From Octopus bimaculoides (taxonomy: Eukaryota): a DNA stretch of 64,000 bases. Shown here piece after piece: positions 1-13,938 of this stretch; the first letter of the stretch is position 1, and each line of letters opens with the position of its first letter. Made by a program: the position numbers and the translations under genes. The stretch is from contig NC_068998.1 in the NCBI RefSeq assembly GCF_001194135.2, forward strand, positions 2,202,433-2,266,432, read 5' to 3'. Below the pieces are notes generated by a model. It did no database searches. It worked only from the letters and a program-made list of their open reading frames with translations, and was not told the DNA's origin.

Positions 1-954
1 GACCTTCCTGCCTTGTTATCAAGAATTCTGCAGCCTGTATTTACATTATCCAATGTGTGTTTTGTTTGAAAATGAAAGGGTGTATTTGGGAAGATTTGGT
101 TGTTATTTCTAGCAAAATTGAATTACCATGTATAATATCCTGTTACTGGTACCTGTAGGGAGTAGGGACACATTCTTAAGTGGGAGATGAAACATTTGTT
201 AAATGTAATAACATAAATATTCTACTTTTATTCCATTCCGTTTGAAAATTTGAAGACTTTCTGCACCTGTGTATACTTAAACTAACGAACAATTCCTCCA
301 TTTCTTCAGACTAACATTATTATTACCAATATGGGATTCTATATGAATAAATATATTCACGAGGAAAAATTCTTGCTGTAATTTTCCTTCGTGACAAAAT
401 GCAGTAAAAAGTTTTCTTACAGGTTTGAACTATGTCTCCAGTATATTTGAACTGGTAACAAATTTGTATTTACATACATACATACATATAAATATATATA
501 AATAATATATAAGATGCAGCACAAAATTTTGTCAGTGAACAGGTCAGGGTCTCAAAGCGCCGAAAATATTTTGGCCAATTAAATTTAAATGTTGAAGTGA
601 ATCTAACGGTTTTTGGCTGTGTGTTTGTATTTGTCCCCCACTATCATTTGATAACTGGGTTAGGTTTGTTTATATCCTCATAGCTTAGCGTTTCAACAAA
701 GAGACTGATAGAAGAAGTACCATGCTTGAAGAAAGAAAGGAAGATGTACTTAGGTTGAGTTCTTTGTCTAAGCCATTCTAGGCGATGCCCCAGTAGGGCC
801 GCAGTCCCATGACCGAAACAAGTGAAAGATAAAAGAATAACTTGTCACAGAAGGCAGGTCCTTCATATTAGTGTATTTAGGATGTTTCTGTGTTTCACAG
901 TATGTTACTAATCTATCTATCTATATATATTAAACACAGGATGTGTGTGTGTGT

Positions 955-1262
955 GTGTCTGTTTGTGTGTTGGTCATGACGTTATAACTCAAGATCCACC
1001 CAACCGATTATAATGAAATTTTACACATGCATTACATGGGGTCCATGGAGTGATATAGGCCAAAGAAATTTTCAACATCTTGCCTAATGTGGGCCCAGGG
1101 GCAGATAAACTGCATGATTTAAGCATTTTCACAGCGTTAAGGCCTGTAACTTGAAGAGTATCCAGTCACTTGCCTCATATTTGCAACAAACATTAATCAG
1201 GCTCCTCAAATGGCTGTTGACTAAAAAAATTTCCAATGCTGACTATGAGGTCCCCCCCAAAA
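955..1262. mobile_element. Helitron/Helentron-like non-autonomous element
   Basis: ctgtttgt..ataactcaagatcc..aaccgatt..atgaaattttacac signature typical of such elements. Related ends at 9695-9840 (3' hairpin cctctgcc..ggtggagg) and 38282-38430. Confidence 0.5.
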
Positions 1263-1923
1263 ACGCAGATTAATCAGATTTGAGTATACTTCACTGGCTC
1301 TTATCTTGGTTTTAAGCCATTTTCTGATGATAAAATATTGACACTACTTATGCATTATAAGTAGCATATAATATTTCATGAAAACCTTTTTGTCCAATTT
1401 GGCAGAGGAAATGGGAAGAACATTAGAATTTTTGTCAGCGTCCTGTTGATGCTTCATGTTACCATCTTGCACACCACCAGGCCAAGTGTGTGCGCGCGCG
1501 CAGCTGGGTAAAGGCACAACAAACCTATTCATTCATTCTCCAGAAGTGCCCTGTTGAAGTTCCATGTTTCCAAAATCTAGAAATACAAGGCCAGGTGTAA
1601 ATGGTTGTCCTGTCTTCCTTACTTCTGATTTCACTCTGTATTTCAATTTGCATTGTATTGGCTTTTGAATAATTTTAACATGCACGCATGCACACACGCA
1701 CACACACACACACACACAAAATAGTGTTGAAACGTGAGAATGAGTGCTCAGCACTGACTGTCTATACACACACTCATATACATAAACATATATATACATA
1801 CATACACACAGACATACACATATATACACATACAAATACACACTCATATACATACATGCATAGATATACACATAAGCATCTATGTGTGTGTGCAAATATA
1901 TATACATGCATATTATATATGTG

Positions 1924-1967
<44 letters not shown>

Positions 1968-1975
1968 CATGCATA

Positions 1976-2007
<32 letters not shown>

Positions 2008-5000
2008 NNNNNNNNNNNNNNNNNNNNNNNNNNNNNNNNNNNNNNNNNNNNNNNNNNNNNNNNNNNNNNNNNNNNNNNNNNNNNNNNNNNNNNNNNNNNN
2101 NNNNNNNNNNNNNNNNNNNNNNNNNNNNNNNNNNNNNNNNNNNNNNNNNNNNNNNNNNNNNNNNNNNNNNNNNNNNNNNNNNNNNNNNNNNNNNNNNNNN
2201 NNNNNNNNNNNNNNNNNNNNNNNNNNNNNNNNNNNNNNNNNNNNNNNNNNNNNNNNNNNNNNNNNNNNNNNNNNNNNNNNNNNNNNNNNNNNNNNNNNNN
2301 NNNNNNNNNNNNNNNNNNNNNNNNNNNNNNNNNNNNNNNNNNNNNNNNNNNNNNNNNNNNNNNNNNNNNNNNNNNNNNNNNNNNNNNNNNNNNNNNNNNN
2401 NNNNNNNNNNNNNNNNNNNNNNNNNNNNNNNNNNNNNNNNNNNNNNNNNNNNNNNNNNNNNNNNNNNNNNNNNNNNNNNNNNNNNNNNNNNNNNNNNNNN
2501 NNNNNNNNNNNNNNNCATCAGTTCTGATCTCTGAAGGCAATATTTTCCCAAAGTACTTCTCTCTATCTTCCCCCACCCCAACTCATCTTTCAACTTCTTC
2601 TATAAAGTAAATTGTTCAATATTTCTATCTCTCTATCCATCTATCTTTGTAGAATTGTATCCATTTTGGGATTAACTCTTCACTTATCTCTATCAATCTC
2701 TACCTGCCTGTCAGTCTAGCTATAAAGCTGTCTATCTGTCTGCTTGTCTATCTATATCTACTTATTTATCTGTCTATCCATTTGCTTATCTATCTTCCTA
2801 TCTATCTATCTACTTTTCTACCTACCTACCTACCTGCCTACCTACCTACCTACCTACCTACCTACCTACCTACCTACCTACCTATCTATCTATCTCCCCC
2901 CTCACTCTCCCCCTCTCTCTTGGTGGAACATCTACCTAAAGGTTATATTCTTGTTTTCTTTCTCAAATATCTTTGTGTATGCTATTGGGCATTTTATCAT
3001 ATAACTTTGGCTGTTAAAGAGCAATAGGTTAAACACTTTTCATTCTCTCTCACTCACTCTCTCTCTCACTCACTCAATCTCTCTCTCTCACTCACTCTCT
3101 CTCTCACTCACTCTCACAAGCTCAATGAAAAGTTTTCTATCTAAAGTTTTATGACTGTCACTGAAGTTGAATCATTATTATTATTATTATTATTATTATT
3201 ACAGCCAAGGCAGAATTATTGACACTGATAACTTAGCGTCAATTCATCTCTTCCACCTGTCCATCTTTGCCTTTCGTCCTTTCTGAATCAATAAAATAAA
3301 GTACAGGCAAGTACTGGGGTCGATATAACCAACTACCGTACTTCTCCAAAACTCCAGGCCTTGTACCTAGAGTACAAAGGAGGACGATGATTACTACTAC
3401 CACCACCTCTAGCCTCGACCATCACTTCATTGTTGGAATACGTCTTCCAAGGCAAGGTGTGGTTGAGGTTGATTTGGTTGCTATTTCTAGCAGATTGAAT
3501 GATCACGTGGGGGCTCCCTCATTGTTGAGGACAATGCCAATGATGATGATGATGATGTTACTTACTGCTGCTGCTGATTCAAAGACAGTGATGAATGTGA
3601 TTATAATGACCACACCGCCCTTCCCCCCACCCCCACAAAGAGATAGTCTTTCATATCTAAGTTATTCTCAGTTATGTTGATTAAGCTGTCATTAGATTAT
3701 TAATGACTCAGGAGTCCAACAACAGTCTGACTCATTAGCAGTCACCTCACACTACCCCCCCCCCCCCNNNNNNNNNNNNNNNNNNNNNNNNCCCCCCACT
3801 AAACTGCTGCTGCGTACCCCTGAACTTATACCACCTCATGCTACTTCTTTACTCTACCTCAGTCTACCCCGCTTACACACTCTATGTCTGACTACCCACC
3901 CCCTACACCCTTCATCCTCACCTTCTCTATTTTCTCCCCCCCCCCTCTCTGCATGGCTCTGTGGTTAGGAAGTTTGTTTCCCAAACTGCGTGATTCTGAG
4001 TTCAGTCCCACTGCACGACACCTCAGGCACGTGTCTTCTACCATGGTCTTGTGTGTGGAATGGATCGATGGAAACTAAAAGAAACCTGTCATGTATGTGT
4101 GTGTGTTTGTCTCCCTGTTGTGACAATTGTAAATGAATCTTCCCTCACCCCATAAGAGTGGTATTCTTTGTTTTTAATTTTTTGTGAAACCATGCTTGGC
4201 TATGGAGGAAATCTTACCTTCATTGCAAATGTGAAGTTGGTGACAGGAAGAGCATCCGCATCAAATTCTGTCCAAACCATCTGAGCAAGAAAAGTAGACA
4301 TTAAAGCAATGACAGTGATGTGTGCACATATGCATATGCTTGCACACACACACACACACACACGCACACACACGCACACATAAATATATATTTCATTATT
4401 GCCCACAAGGGGCTAAACATGGAATTTGAACTCAGAACACGCTAAGCATTTCGCCTGGTCTGCTACCAATTCTTCCAACTCTTTGCTATAAATATATAAA
4501 CCACAAAAAGTCAGGACATATGAGGGAGAAATATATTTGACTGCTTGACATCCTTAGAGTTACAGCTGTTTCACAGCATTCTTCATGGAGTCAGTACGCT
4601 CATATATATATATATATATAGACACATGGCCCTGGGTGCTGGAATTTGTGTTTGCATGCTAGAAAGAAACAGCAGCCTACTCTACCTCCGAATCACATCC
4701 TCTTCTATACTGGCCAATGTAATTGTAGGGACAGAAAAAAAAAAGGGGTTCTGATCAGCTGTCATTCATACATGTACTTGCAGGTCTTCTGGAATAGGGC
4801 TAACCCAGGGTTAAACAACCACCACCACCTCCACCACTAATATCAGACATCTACACCTGTCTGGTATTAGGTATAATGTAATCAGACTTCAATGGTCCCA
4901 CCTGTCTGAACAACTGTGTTTTGGTCAACTACTTTTAAATCTTCCATAAATCCACTTGTGTCGACTGGGGGTCTCTGATAACAGATGTTTAACGAATTGG

Positions 5001-5792
5001 GAGTATCACTTCTATGAAACTGTGTGTATGTATGTTCTTGTTGACCCATGATGTGAGTAAACAACTTACAAATGATGTACACTGTGTGTGTGTGTGTGTG
5101 AGTGTATGTGTGGAGAGTAAGAGGGGGGAAGATTGCCTGCACCCAGTCAAACTGAAAGAAGAATGTACCAATTTTACAAACATTTTTTGCTGTTTTTTTT
5201 CTTCTTAAACTTACATGTGTTCTGGCTATTCCAGACACTGTCAATGTTGTATAAGAAAGTACATGTGTATATAAGGGTTAAGGTGTATGTCTATGTGTAT
5301 CAAAGGGTACATGTATATCTGTGTGGGAGTGTAAATGTGTTAGAACATAAAAGAAGGATAAAAAGTAACCCTAAGACAAAAAAAAAAACCCCACTAAAAA
5401 GCCCCTACCTTATCAAACCCCCTACAAAATGCCAACTTGATAACTTGTTCTGGGTTCCATTGATATTGTATCATCGTTTTAAGACCGATGAGTCAGTCGG
5501 CTGTGTAAGCTGATGTTCTTACAGTACAAGTTGGGATATTAAAGCAGGTCGTTGCTGCTACACAAACAGCTTCTCATTTGCTTTCTTATGTTCTTCCTTA
5601 AATTACGGTTATGTTGACATTACAATTGTAGAGTTGCTATTCAATAAACCAAACATCCTCCCCCAACCTGCTTGATTTCGGCAGGGTAGGCCAGCCTCAA
5701 GCTTCTTTCTTAAGCTACTTACCACCTCATAAACACTCTCAACCCATCCACCCTCCTCTCTTTCTCTCTCTCTCTCTCTCTCNNNNNNNNNN

Positions 5793-5828
<36 letters not shown>

Positions 5829-6209
5829 CATCACTCCCCCTCTCTCTCTCTTGCCCTTTTTAAAAATTGTTACTGACCCTGTCCCCCTGTCTTTCTTTTT
5901 CTTTTTTGTTTTGGCACACAGTGTTGCTGAACCACATCATCTGCTGTCAAGTTGCAGGGACACTTATCTGATTGGTCATCTACAGGGGGTTCACTCTGCT
6001 TAGGACCCCTTATTCTTAACAAAATACATTTGTCTTTAGGATTCAATTAGTTTGGAAAACAATCAAGAATTTAGAGAGAGATTCTAATGAAACAAACTTT
6101 CTCCATTTACAAATACTTGGAGAGGGTGTTTCCAACACAATTGAGAAGTGATCAAAGAAAATCTGGAAGGTTTCAATTTAAACCATTTTAAACAAATGAT
6201 ATATATACA

Positions 6210-6557
6210 GGTGCAGGCATGGCTTTGTGGTAAGAAGTTTGCTTCCCAACCACATGGTTACAAGTTCAATCCCACTGTGTGGCAGCCTCTGGCTGACCAA
6301 TACCTTGTGAATGAATTTGATAGACAGAAACTGAAAGAAGCCTGTCATATGTGTCTGTTTGTGCCCCTGCCACTGCTTGACAACCATTGTTGGTGTATTT
6401 ACATCCCTGTAACTTAGTGGTTCGACAAAAGCAACTGATAAAATAAGTTCTAGGCTGAAAGGAAAAAAAGTCCTGGGGTCAATTTGTTTGACTAAAACTC
6501 TTTAAGGTGGTGCCCCAGCATGGCCGCAGTCAAATGTCTGAAACAAGTAAAAGAGTA
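6210..6557 (+). mobile_element. tRNA-derived CORE-like SINE (OR-type octopus family)
   Basis: ggcatggctttgtggtaagaagtttgcttcccaaccacatgg..gttcaatcccactg head. Other copies at about 3950, 10510, 23810-24140, 34845, 41510, 56085-56450 (-), 59560-59925 (-) and 59967-60355. Confidence 0.88.
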
Positions 6558-7216
6558 TATACTTGAGAAAAGTTTGAAGTCTGAATTTTCTGATAATTTT
6601 CCACCTTAATGATTAGGTATTAATTAACAAACTGTTAGATGTTTAAAGTTGTTAACATCTAATGATTTGTGAATATCTAACCATTAAAGTGGAAAATAAT
6701 TATCAGGAAAGACATTCGTAATCACTTTTCTAAATGTATAGCACTGTCTGGCAGAGTTTCTAGTTTGAGACGATGTGGCTGGGTGGTAAGCTGGCAGGGC
6801 CAGGAGCTGCACCAGGCTCCAGTTGTCTGTTTTTGCATGGCTTCTACAGCTGGATGCCCTTCTTAATGCTAACCACTTTACAGAGTATACAGGGTGAATT
6901 TGATCACTGCATTGAGGGTACGCATGACCGTGGAGCACTCTGCCACTTGCACATTAATTTCATAAGCAGGCTGTTCTGTTGATCGAATCAATTGGAACAT
7001 TCATCATTGTAATCGACAGTGTCACTCTGGGACTGCTGATTCAGATCATCTTGATAACAATGATGATGGTGATAAATGTGACACCAACGATGGTGGTGGA
7101 GGTGCTGGAGTGTGATGACGGTGACAAGGACGAGCAAGATTAATCAGTGAAGAATTTGTTATTTAAACAGAAAAAAAACCCCCAAACACCACAGAATATT
7201 AATCTTGGTGCAAATG

Positions 7217-7252
<36 letters not shown>

Positions 7253-7908
7253 ATTCATCTTGTTGCCATCTTTTGTTTCCCTTTTGTTTTATTTCTGCTT
7301 TGTTGTTGTTGTCGGTTCCCTCCCATGTCATTTCCTAATTGACTCTGTGGGGGTGATACAAACTACTTGGCATAAACTCATTTATCACCTCAGGTTTTGC
7401 ATCAGCCACCCCCACCACCATCTTCCTGCAGGTGTTTTAAATTCCAGCACTTGCCAAAAAAAAAAGACAAAAACCAAAAANNNNNNNNNNNNNNNNNNNN
7501 NNNNNNNNNNNNNNNNNNNNNNNNNNNNNNNNNNNNNNNNNNNNNNNNNNNNNNNNNNNNNNNNNNNNNNNNNNNNNNNNNNNNNNNNNNNNNNNNNNNN
7601 NNNNNNNNNNNNNNNNNNNNNNNGAATGAATAAATAGATGAATAGGAACTTCATTTTTTTCAACTCACCTACCTACCTTCCCACCCCTCCCTCTTATTTT
7701 GGTAAATTCTAAAAAAAAAAAAGAGCACAAACTAACTTCTGTGTTTATCAATGTCAAGGTTAGTTAGAATGGAAACAGCCAATTCCCACCTCATCCCCAC
7801 TCTGAAGATTATGACTCCAATTTTCTTTTGATGTAAAATACACACAAACCTGTTTGTCTGTGTCTGTCTACACACACACACACATGCATATATATATATA
7901 TATATATA

Positions 7909-8870
7909 TTGGGTCATCCCATAAATAATGTGGTTGGTGGGGTTCAAATGCATGAACTAAAAGTTGGAGGGGACAGGATAAACTACCTGTATCAACCTAC
8001 TATAAAAGTGGGTAATAATTTTACCTTCTACTTATTCTTAGTGCAAGTTTTGAAGAGTGCAGTTCTATTTTAACAGTTATTTTTTCAAAGCTATGGAAAG
8101 TGCGAGGAATATTAACACAGTATACGAAAGTCAGACAATAAGTGTAAGCGAGTGTTAACGGTGGTTCCAGAAATTCCAAGCTGGAAATTATAGTCTAGAA
8201 GACAAGCTTTGTCCTGGAAGATCTGTAGAGCTCAATAAGGATATTCTGCAAACCTTGGTGGAACAAAATCCCATCGTAACTGTTGTGGAACTAGCAGAGA
8301 GGCTTGGATTTGGTCAGTCAACCATTCATCGACACCTGCGAGCCATCAGAAAAGTCAGTAAATTGGGTCAATGGGTTCCTCACAAACTTTCCGAGTCTAA
8401 TCATGCGCAGAGAGGGAATGTGAGCTCTTCTTTGCTGTGATGTCTCACAAATGAACCTTTATTGGACTGAATAGTGACTGGTGACAAGAAATGGGTCCTC
8501 TATGAAACTGTCAATCACTGAAGACAGTGGGTAGGGAAAGGAGAAACACCAGCACCCCAGGCTAAAGAAGGTCTTCACTTACGTAAAGTGTCGTTATGTT
8601 TGGTCGGATATGAAAAGTTTAGTCCACTTTGAACTTTTAAACCGAAACCAAAAGATAACTAAGGAGATCTACTTTGAGCAGCTTGATCGGCTTAAGCCAG
8701 CGCTAGAAGAAAAATGACCATCTTTGGTTTCAAGATGAAAGGTGTTCTTCCATCAGGATAATGCTTGGCCACATATAGTGAGGATGATATTCCAAATGCT
8801 GGAGCAGTCTGAATGGGAAACGATGCTCCACCCACCATATTCGCTGGACATTGCCCCATCTGCATTCATC
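7909..8870 (+). mobile_element. Degraded mariner (Tc1/mariner) transposon
   Basis: TA followed by a TIR-like start ttgggtcatcccata; fragments GQWVPHKL, IVTGD(K)KWVLY, FHQDNAWPH, HPPYSLDIAPS; many stops. Confidence 0.92.
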
Positions 8871-9836
8871 ACAAATAAGATGCAGCTTCTTTCGTTTTTA
8901 ATCCTTTTTTTTTTTTTGTTTTTGTTTGAAATCCTTTCCTTCCAACATACAACGAAATCAATGGGAATAACCATTATCATCATTATGGTTTGAAAATTAC
9001 AAGAATTTCTTTCATCTTTGAAAAACATGCATGAAAATGTACAAAGATTAACAAAGATGTTGTTGTTACCGTCTCCTCTGTGTGGTCTGCTGAATGTCTA
9101 TTAATAGTCATTAAGCTAAAATAGTGACTTTACAGTTCCAACAGAACCAGGAATTGGTCTGTTATTATTTCATGAATGGTGGAGGAGGACTGTTGGGGAG
9201 CGGGGAAGATATTTGGAATAATAATTCCCATCTGTTTGAGAAAACTGGACCTGTGTCTCCGTAATGGGGTGGCTGTGTATTGGGTGGGTNNNNNNNNNNT
9301 GGGTGTGGTGGAGTATGGGAGGTGTAAGGGTGTGAGATAGATGATGCATGTATGGGGGTGTGGGGGTGGAGGAGGATGTCAGAATGTAAGAGGGTGTGAA
9401 GGGTGTGTTTGAAAGAACATTTATACTACCCCCACCTCTACTAGACCTGAAAGTCCTCTAGAGGAGATTACTCATAACCATCCTTGTTGATGCCGAAGAA
9501 TTGTTCTTAGATTGTTGCCTAATGACTCTTTCCATTATGAGCACAAAATGCCTGAGATTTGGATGGGAGGCAGGGTGGGAGAGATGCAATCGACTTCATG
9601 GACCCCAGTGCTCAACTAGTGTTTATTTTATTGATCTTGGAAGCGTGAAAGACTAAGTTAACCTTGGCATAATTTCAACTCAGAAATCTCAAAACCTAAT
9701 CAGTTTGTGCCAGTCACGAGACCAAACATCTCCAAAAGTTTCTTCTGAATCTATGCAGCGGTTCTTGAGATATCTTGTCCATGGACAAACAAACAAACAT
9801 GACTGAAAACAATACCTCTGCCTTCGCTACGGTGGA

Positions 9837-9870
<34 letters not shown>

Positions 9871-10018
9871 TTTAGGAAATGCAGAACTCTGTGTAAAATA
9901 ATACTTTATTTTTACTGTTATTGATGTATATCATTCTTTCACAGAATTATTTCTAAATTATTTTTTCTTTTTCTGTATTTCTTTCTTTCCTTTTCTCCCT
10001 TCCCCTCCCTCAAACTCT

Positions 10019-10067
<49 letters not shown>

Positions 10068-11293
10068 CTGCTAGCTTCCTAAAACATCTTCCTATCATAA
10101 CATCCCATGATGTCAGTTGTGAAACTGGCATTAGCTATTACATAAACCAGTGGAAAGAAGATGATGGGGAGGGGGCACCTCACCCACCAACCCTACATTA
10201 CAACAAACCCGTACAGTTAGGCAACATTACTCGTTAGCAGATTTCGTTAAATAGACCAGTGCCAAAATGGTTGGTTCACTTTGATTGGCATAAGTCATTT
10301 TCTTTTTGTTTTTTTATTTGACAGATTCATAATTAATTCCAAACTTGTTGCTATATTTGGTGATTTAATTAAGTAAATGGTGACGAGACAGCTGTCAGGG
10401 TTGAAAGCAAACTGGATTAATGGCTGAAGTAGAAGACATTGGGTGTCCAGTGAAAATCTCTTGAAATGGCCAAAGGACAGCGGAAGGGAGCACGAAATAA
10501 CACATGAGAAGGCATGGCTGTGTGGTAAGAGGTTTGCTTCCCAACCACATGGCCCTGGGTTCAGTCCCACTGCATGGCACCTGGGCAAGTAACTTCTACT
10601 ATAGCTTTGGGCTATATATCATTCATCATCTTCAGCAGCATCATACTCTAATGCCTGTTTTCCATGCTGGCTAGTTGAGGAGCTGTCCAAACTCCACTTG
10701 TCTGTTTTGGTATGGTTTCTAGGACTGGATGCCCTCCTCCTTACCATTCTGGCAGCATCATTGGCACACAGGGTGAAATGCTTAGCAGTGTTTTGCCCGT
10801 CGCCACATTCTGAGTTCAAATTCTGCCAAGGTCAACTTCACCTTTCATTCTTTCAGTGGGTGGGGTCGATAAAATAAATACCAGTTGTGTACTGGGGTCG
10901 ATGTGATCGACTCATCCCTTCCCCCAAAATTGCTGCCCTTGTGGCAAAATTTGAAACCAATGTTATTATTATTATTATTATTATTATTATCATTATCATC
11001 ATCATTATTATTATTAACAAATACTTTTTTTCTTAATTGTAGGAACCAGTTATAATTTGTCGAAAACTGCCATTGACCAAGGAAAAGAAAAAAGATAAAC
11101 AGAGATAAAAGGGACAAAATTAAAACCAGAAATAAATAAAGACGAATAATAATAATTAGGATTTACCAAATTTAAATTGAATCACAAGAAAAAGGAAAAC
11201 AAAGTTCGAAAGAGCAACGTCTTTCATTTGATTTTGTTTCTAAGTTGAGATTGCCAACAGATTGTGATGTCATTTCGGTGAAGTTGGTTCAAG

Positions 11294-11434
11294 ATGCCAT
11301 ATGAGGACCAATATGGCAGGACGTGTGGTTTCCTTAATATTGAGGAAGATGAGAATACGGGAGTGTTTAAAAGGAGGTACTTCCTACTGGATTCCAACAC
11401 AAACAAACTGCACTACTTCAAGGATAACCCGATA
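11294..11434 (+). CDS. PLEKHA1/2: TAPP (PLEKHA1/2-like) coding exon 1, start of N-terminal PH domain
   Basis: Translates MPYEDQYGRTCGFLNIEEDENTGVFKRRYFLLDSNTNKLHYFKDNPI, matching human TAPP1 [33 protein letters not shown]...DNPQ (recalled). In-frame TGA upstream at 11279; donor GTAAGT at 11435; phase 0. Confidence 0.95.
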
Positions 11435-13572
11435 GTAAGTTGACTTTATTGTTGTGGCTTTTCATCTTCGTCATCATCATCATCATCATCATCATTGCAA
11501 TTATCATTCCCATCATCAGCATCATTGTGGTCATCATCTTTATCATCCTTGACAGCATTTTTACCATCATCATCATCATCAATATTGCAATTACCATTGT
11601 CATCATATTCATTCATCATTGCCACCATCATCATCATCATTGCTATCAAGGCATTTACGTCAGCCAATTCTTGTACAAGTCAATCTTGAATGTATAGAAA
11701 TCACTTGGTCTGCTAGAAATAGCAGTCAAATCTCCCTCAAATGACACTACAGTGCCTAAATAATTACATTTACTATGTTTAAGAAAAAGAAAAAAAGGAA
11801 AAAAAAACAGGTGGGTTGGGTCATAGTTGGTATGCTTTTGATCATTGGTCTGCTGAACCAAGGCTGTCTCGGGGCTAAACAACAACAACAACAACCCAAT
11901 TCATGTCCCCATTATCTTTCCCCTATTGTCTACTTATTATTTCATTCAGCCCAATTTACTTGTGAGCTTTTTGAAACTTAGATCAAATTTCAAAAGGTTA
12001 CAGTGACATTTTGCTTGACTGGGCTTCTGTAAAACAGCCTTCGTAATCCACCGCCACCACCACCACCACCGCCACCACCACNNNNNNNNNNNNNNNNNNN
12101 NNNNNNNNNNNNNNNNNNNNNNNNNNNNNNNNNNNNNNNNNNNNNNNNNNNNNNNNNNNNNNNNNNNNNNNNNNNNNNNNNNNNNNNNNNNNNNNNNNNN
12201 NNNNNNNNNNNNNNNNNNNNNNNNNNNNNNNNNNNNNNNNNNNNNNNNNNNNNNNNNNNNNNNNNNNNNNNNNNNNNNNNNNNNNNNNNNNNNNNNNNNN
12301 NNNNNNNNNNNNNNNNNNNNNNNNNNNNNNNNNNNNNNNNNNNNNNNNNNNNNNNNNNNNNNNNNNNNNNNNNNNNNNNNNNNNNNNNNNNNNNNNNNNN
12401 NNNNNNNNNNNNNNNNNNNNNNNNNNNNNNNNNNNNNNNNNNNNNNNNNNNNNNNNNNNNNNNNNNNNNNNNNNNNNNNNNNNNNNNNNNNNNNNNNNNN
12501 NNNNNNNNNNNNNNNNNNNNNNNNNNNNNNNNNNNNNNNNNNNNNNNNNNNNNNNNNNNNNNNNNNNNNNNNNNNNNNNNNNNNNNNNNNNNNNNNNNNN
12601 NNNNNNNNNNNNNNNNNNNNNNNNNNNNNNNNNNNNNNNNNNNNNNNNNNNNNNNNNNNNNNNNNNNNNNNNNNNNNNNNNNNNNNNNNNNNNNNNNNNN
12701 NNNNNNNNNNNNNNNNNNNNNNNNNNNNNNNNNNNNNNNNNNNNNNNNNNNNNNNNNNNNNNNNNNNNNNNNNNNNNNNNNNNNNNNNNNNNNNNNNNNN
12801 NNNNNNNNNNNNNNNNNNNNNNNNNNNNNNNNNNNNNNNNNNNNNNNNNNNNNNNNNNNNNNNNNNNNNNNNNNNNNNNNNNNNNNNNNNNNNNNNNNNN
12901 NNNNNNNNNNNNNNNNNNNNNNNNNNNNNNNNNNNNNNNNNNNNNNNNNNNNNNNNNNNNNNNNNNNNNNNNNNNNNNNNNNNNNNCACCACCGCCGCCA
13001 CCACCACCACCGCCGCCACCAGTGTTGATAGTGGTGCTTGATATAGTATTATATATTTATATTGTGTTGTTGCTTATCTTTGTTGAGTTTCCTTCCTTCA
13101 CTTCTCTTTGATCTCTCCTTTGCTTTCTATCTATTTGTCTGTCTGTCTTTCTGTTTCTCTCCCTCTCTCTCTCTCTCTCTCTCATTCAATTGAAAACCTG
13201 GACTAATGAACCACAGTCTTTTAAACCATTTTCTTTTTTGTTTTGTTTTGAATCCTGAATCAACAAACCAAAATTATTCAGTGTAAAAACAGTCAGACAA
13301 TTTCTCTCCTAGCAAACCATTCAACCAATTTGTGAGTCAGCCATGAGGTTCCATAAAATGGCCAGTTCTACAAGTTTTGATTCACTTTGGCATTTATGTA
13401 GTCTTAGAAGAGCAAGTTGCAAGAAATGGTACAGTGCTGGATTATGTAGAGAATTTGGTTTTGTTCTGATGTCATCAGTTTTTGGAATGTGTCTCTTTAA
13501 TTTATAAAGATTACCAATGTATGTAGAAGGTTGCCACAGATTTTAGCAGAGAGAAGCTATTAATTGCATCAC

Positions 13573-13938
13573 TTAATCCTGTAGCATTTAAACTGGCTAT
13601 ATCTGACCCGAATGTTCTGTTTTTGTGTTCAAACCAGCCATATCCAGCCTCTCACACCTACCCTACAATGTCACTCTGAAAATAAACAATCACATCACCA
13701 AAATCTCAAAGCTATGAGATTAACAAAGGATTAATTCAAAAGCATTACATTTGACAGAGTAATCTGAATGCCACAAGATTAACTTTTTAGCATTTGGATT
13801 ACTCTGTTGTATGTTATGCTTAATTATTTTTAGAATGACATTGAAGGGTAGGTGTGAGAGGCCAGATCTGGTCAGTTTGAACATAAAACGGGGAGAATAT
13901 TTGGGCCGGATATGACCTGCTTAATTGCTAAAGGGTTA
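13573..13938. mobile_element. Two piggyBac-like (TTAA) MITEs joined tail-to-tail
   Basis: Copy 1 (+) 13573-13782 and copy 2 (-) 13779-13938 share the TTAA at 13779; same family as 35838-36051. Confidence 0.75.

Noticed and set aside
4217-4281. Minus-strand exon-like MVWTEFDADALPVTNFTFAMK with ag/gtaag ends
   Set aside because: The sequence matches a dispersed repeat also present at about 15130-15250.
4882-5020. Minus-strand ORF end FHRSDTPNSLNICYQRPPVDTSGFMEDL...TIEV
   Set aside because: No partner exons found; the YQRPP motif resembles a LINE endonuclease remnant; insufficient support.
9130-9275. Proline-rich minus-strand frame RWELLFQISSPLPNSPPPP, superficially WIP-like
   Set aside because: The neighbouring frames (QTDG..IPNIFPAP..PTVLL) fit a frameshifted Penelope-like remnant better; the donor is weak.
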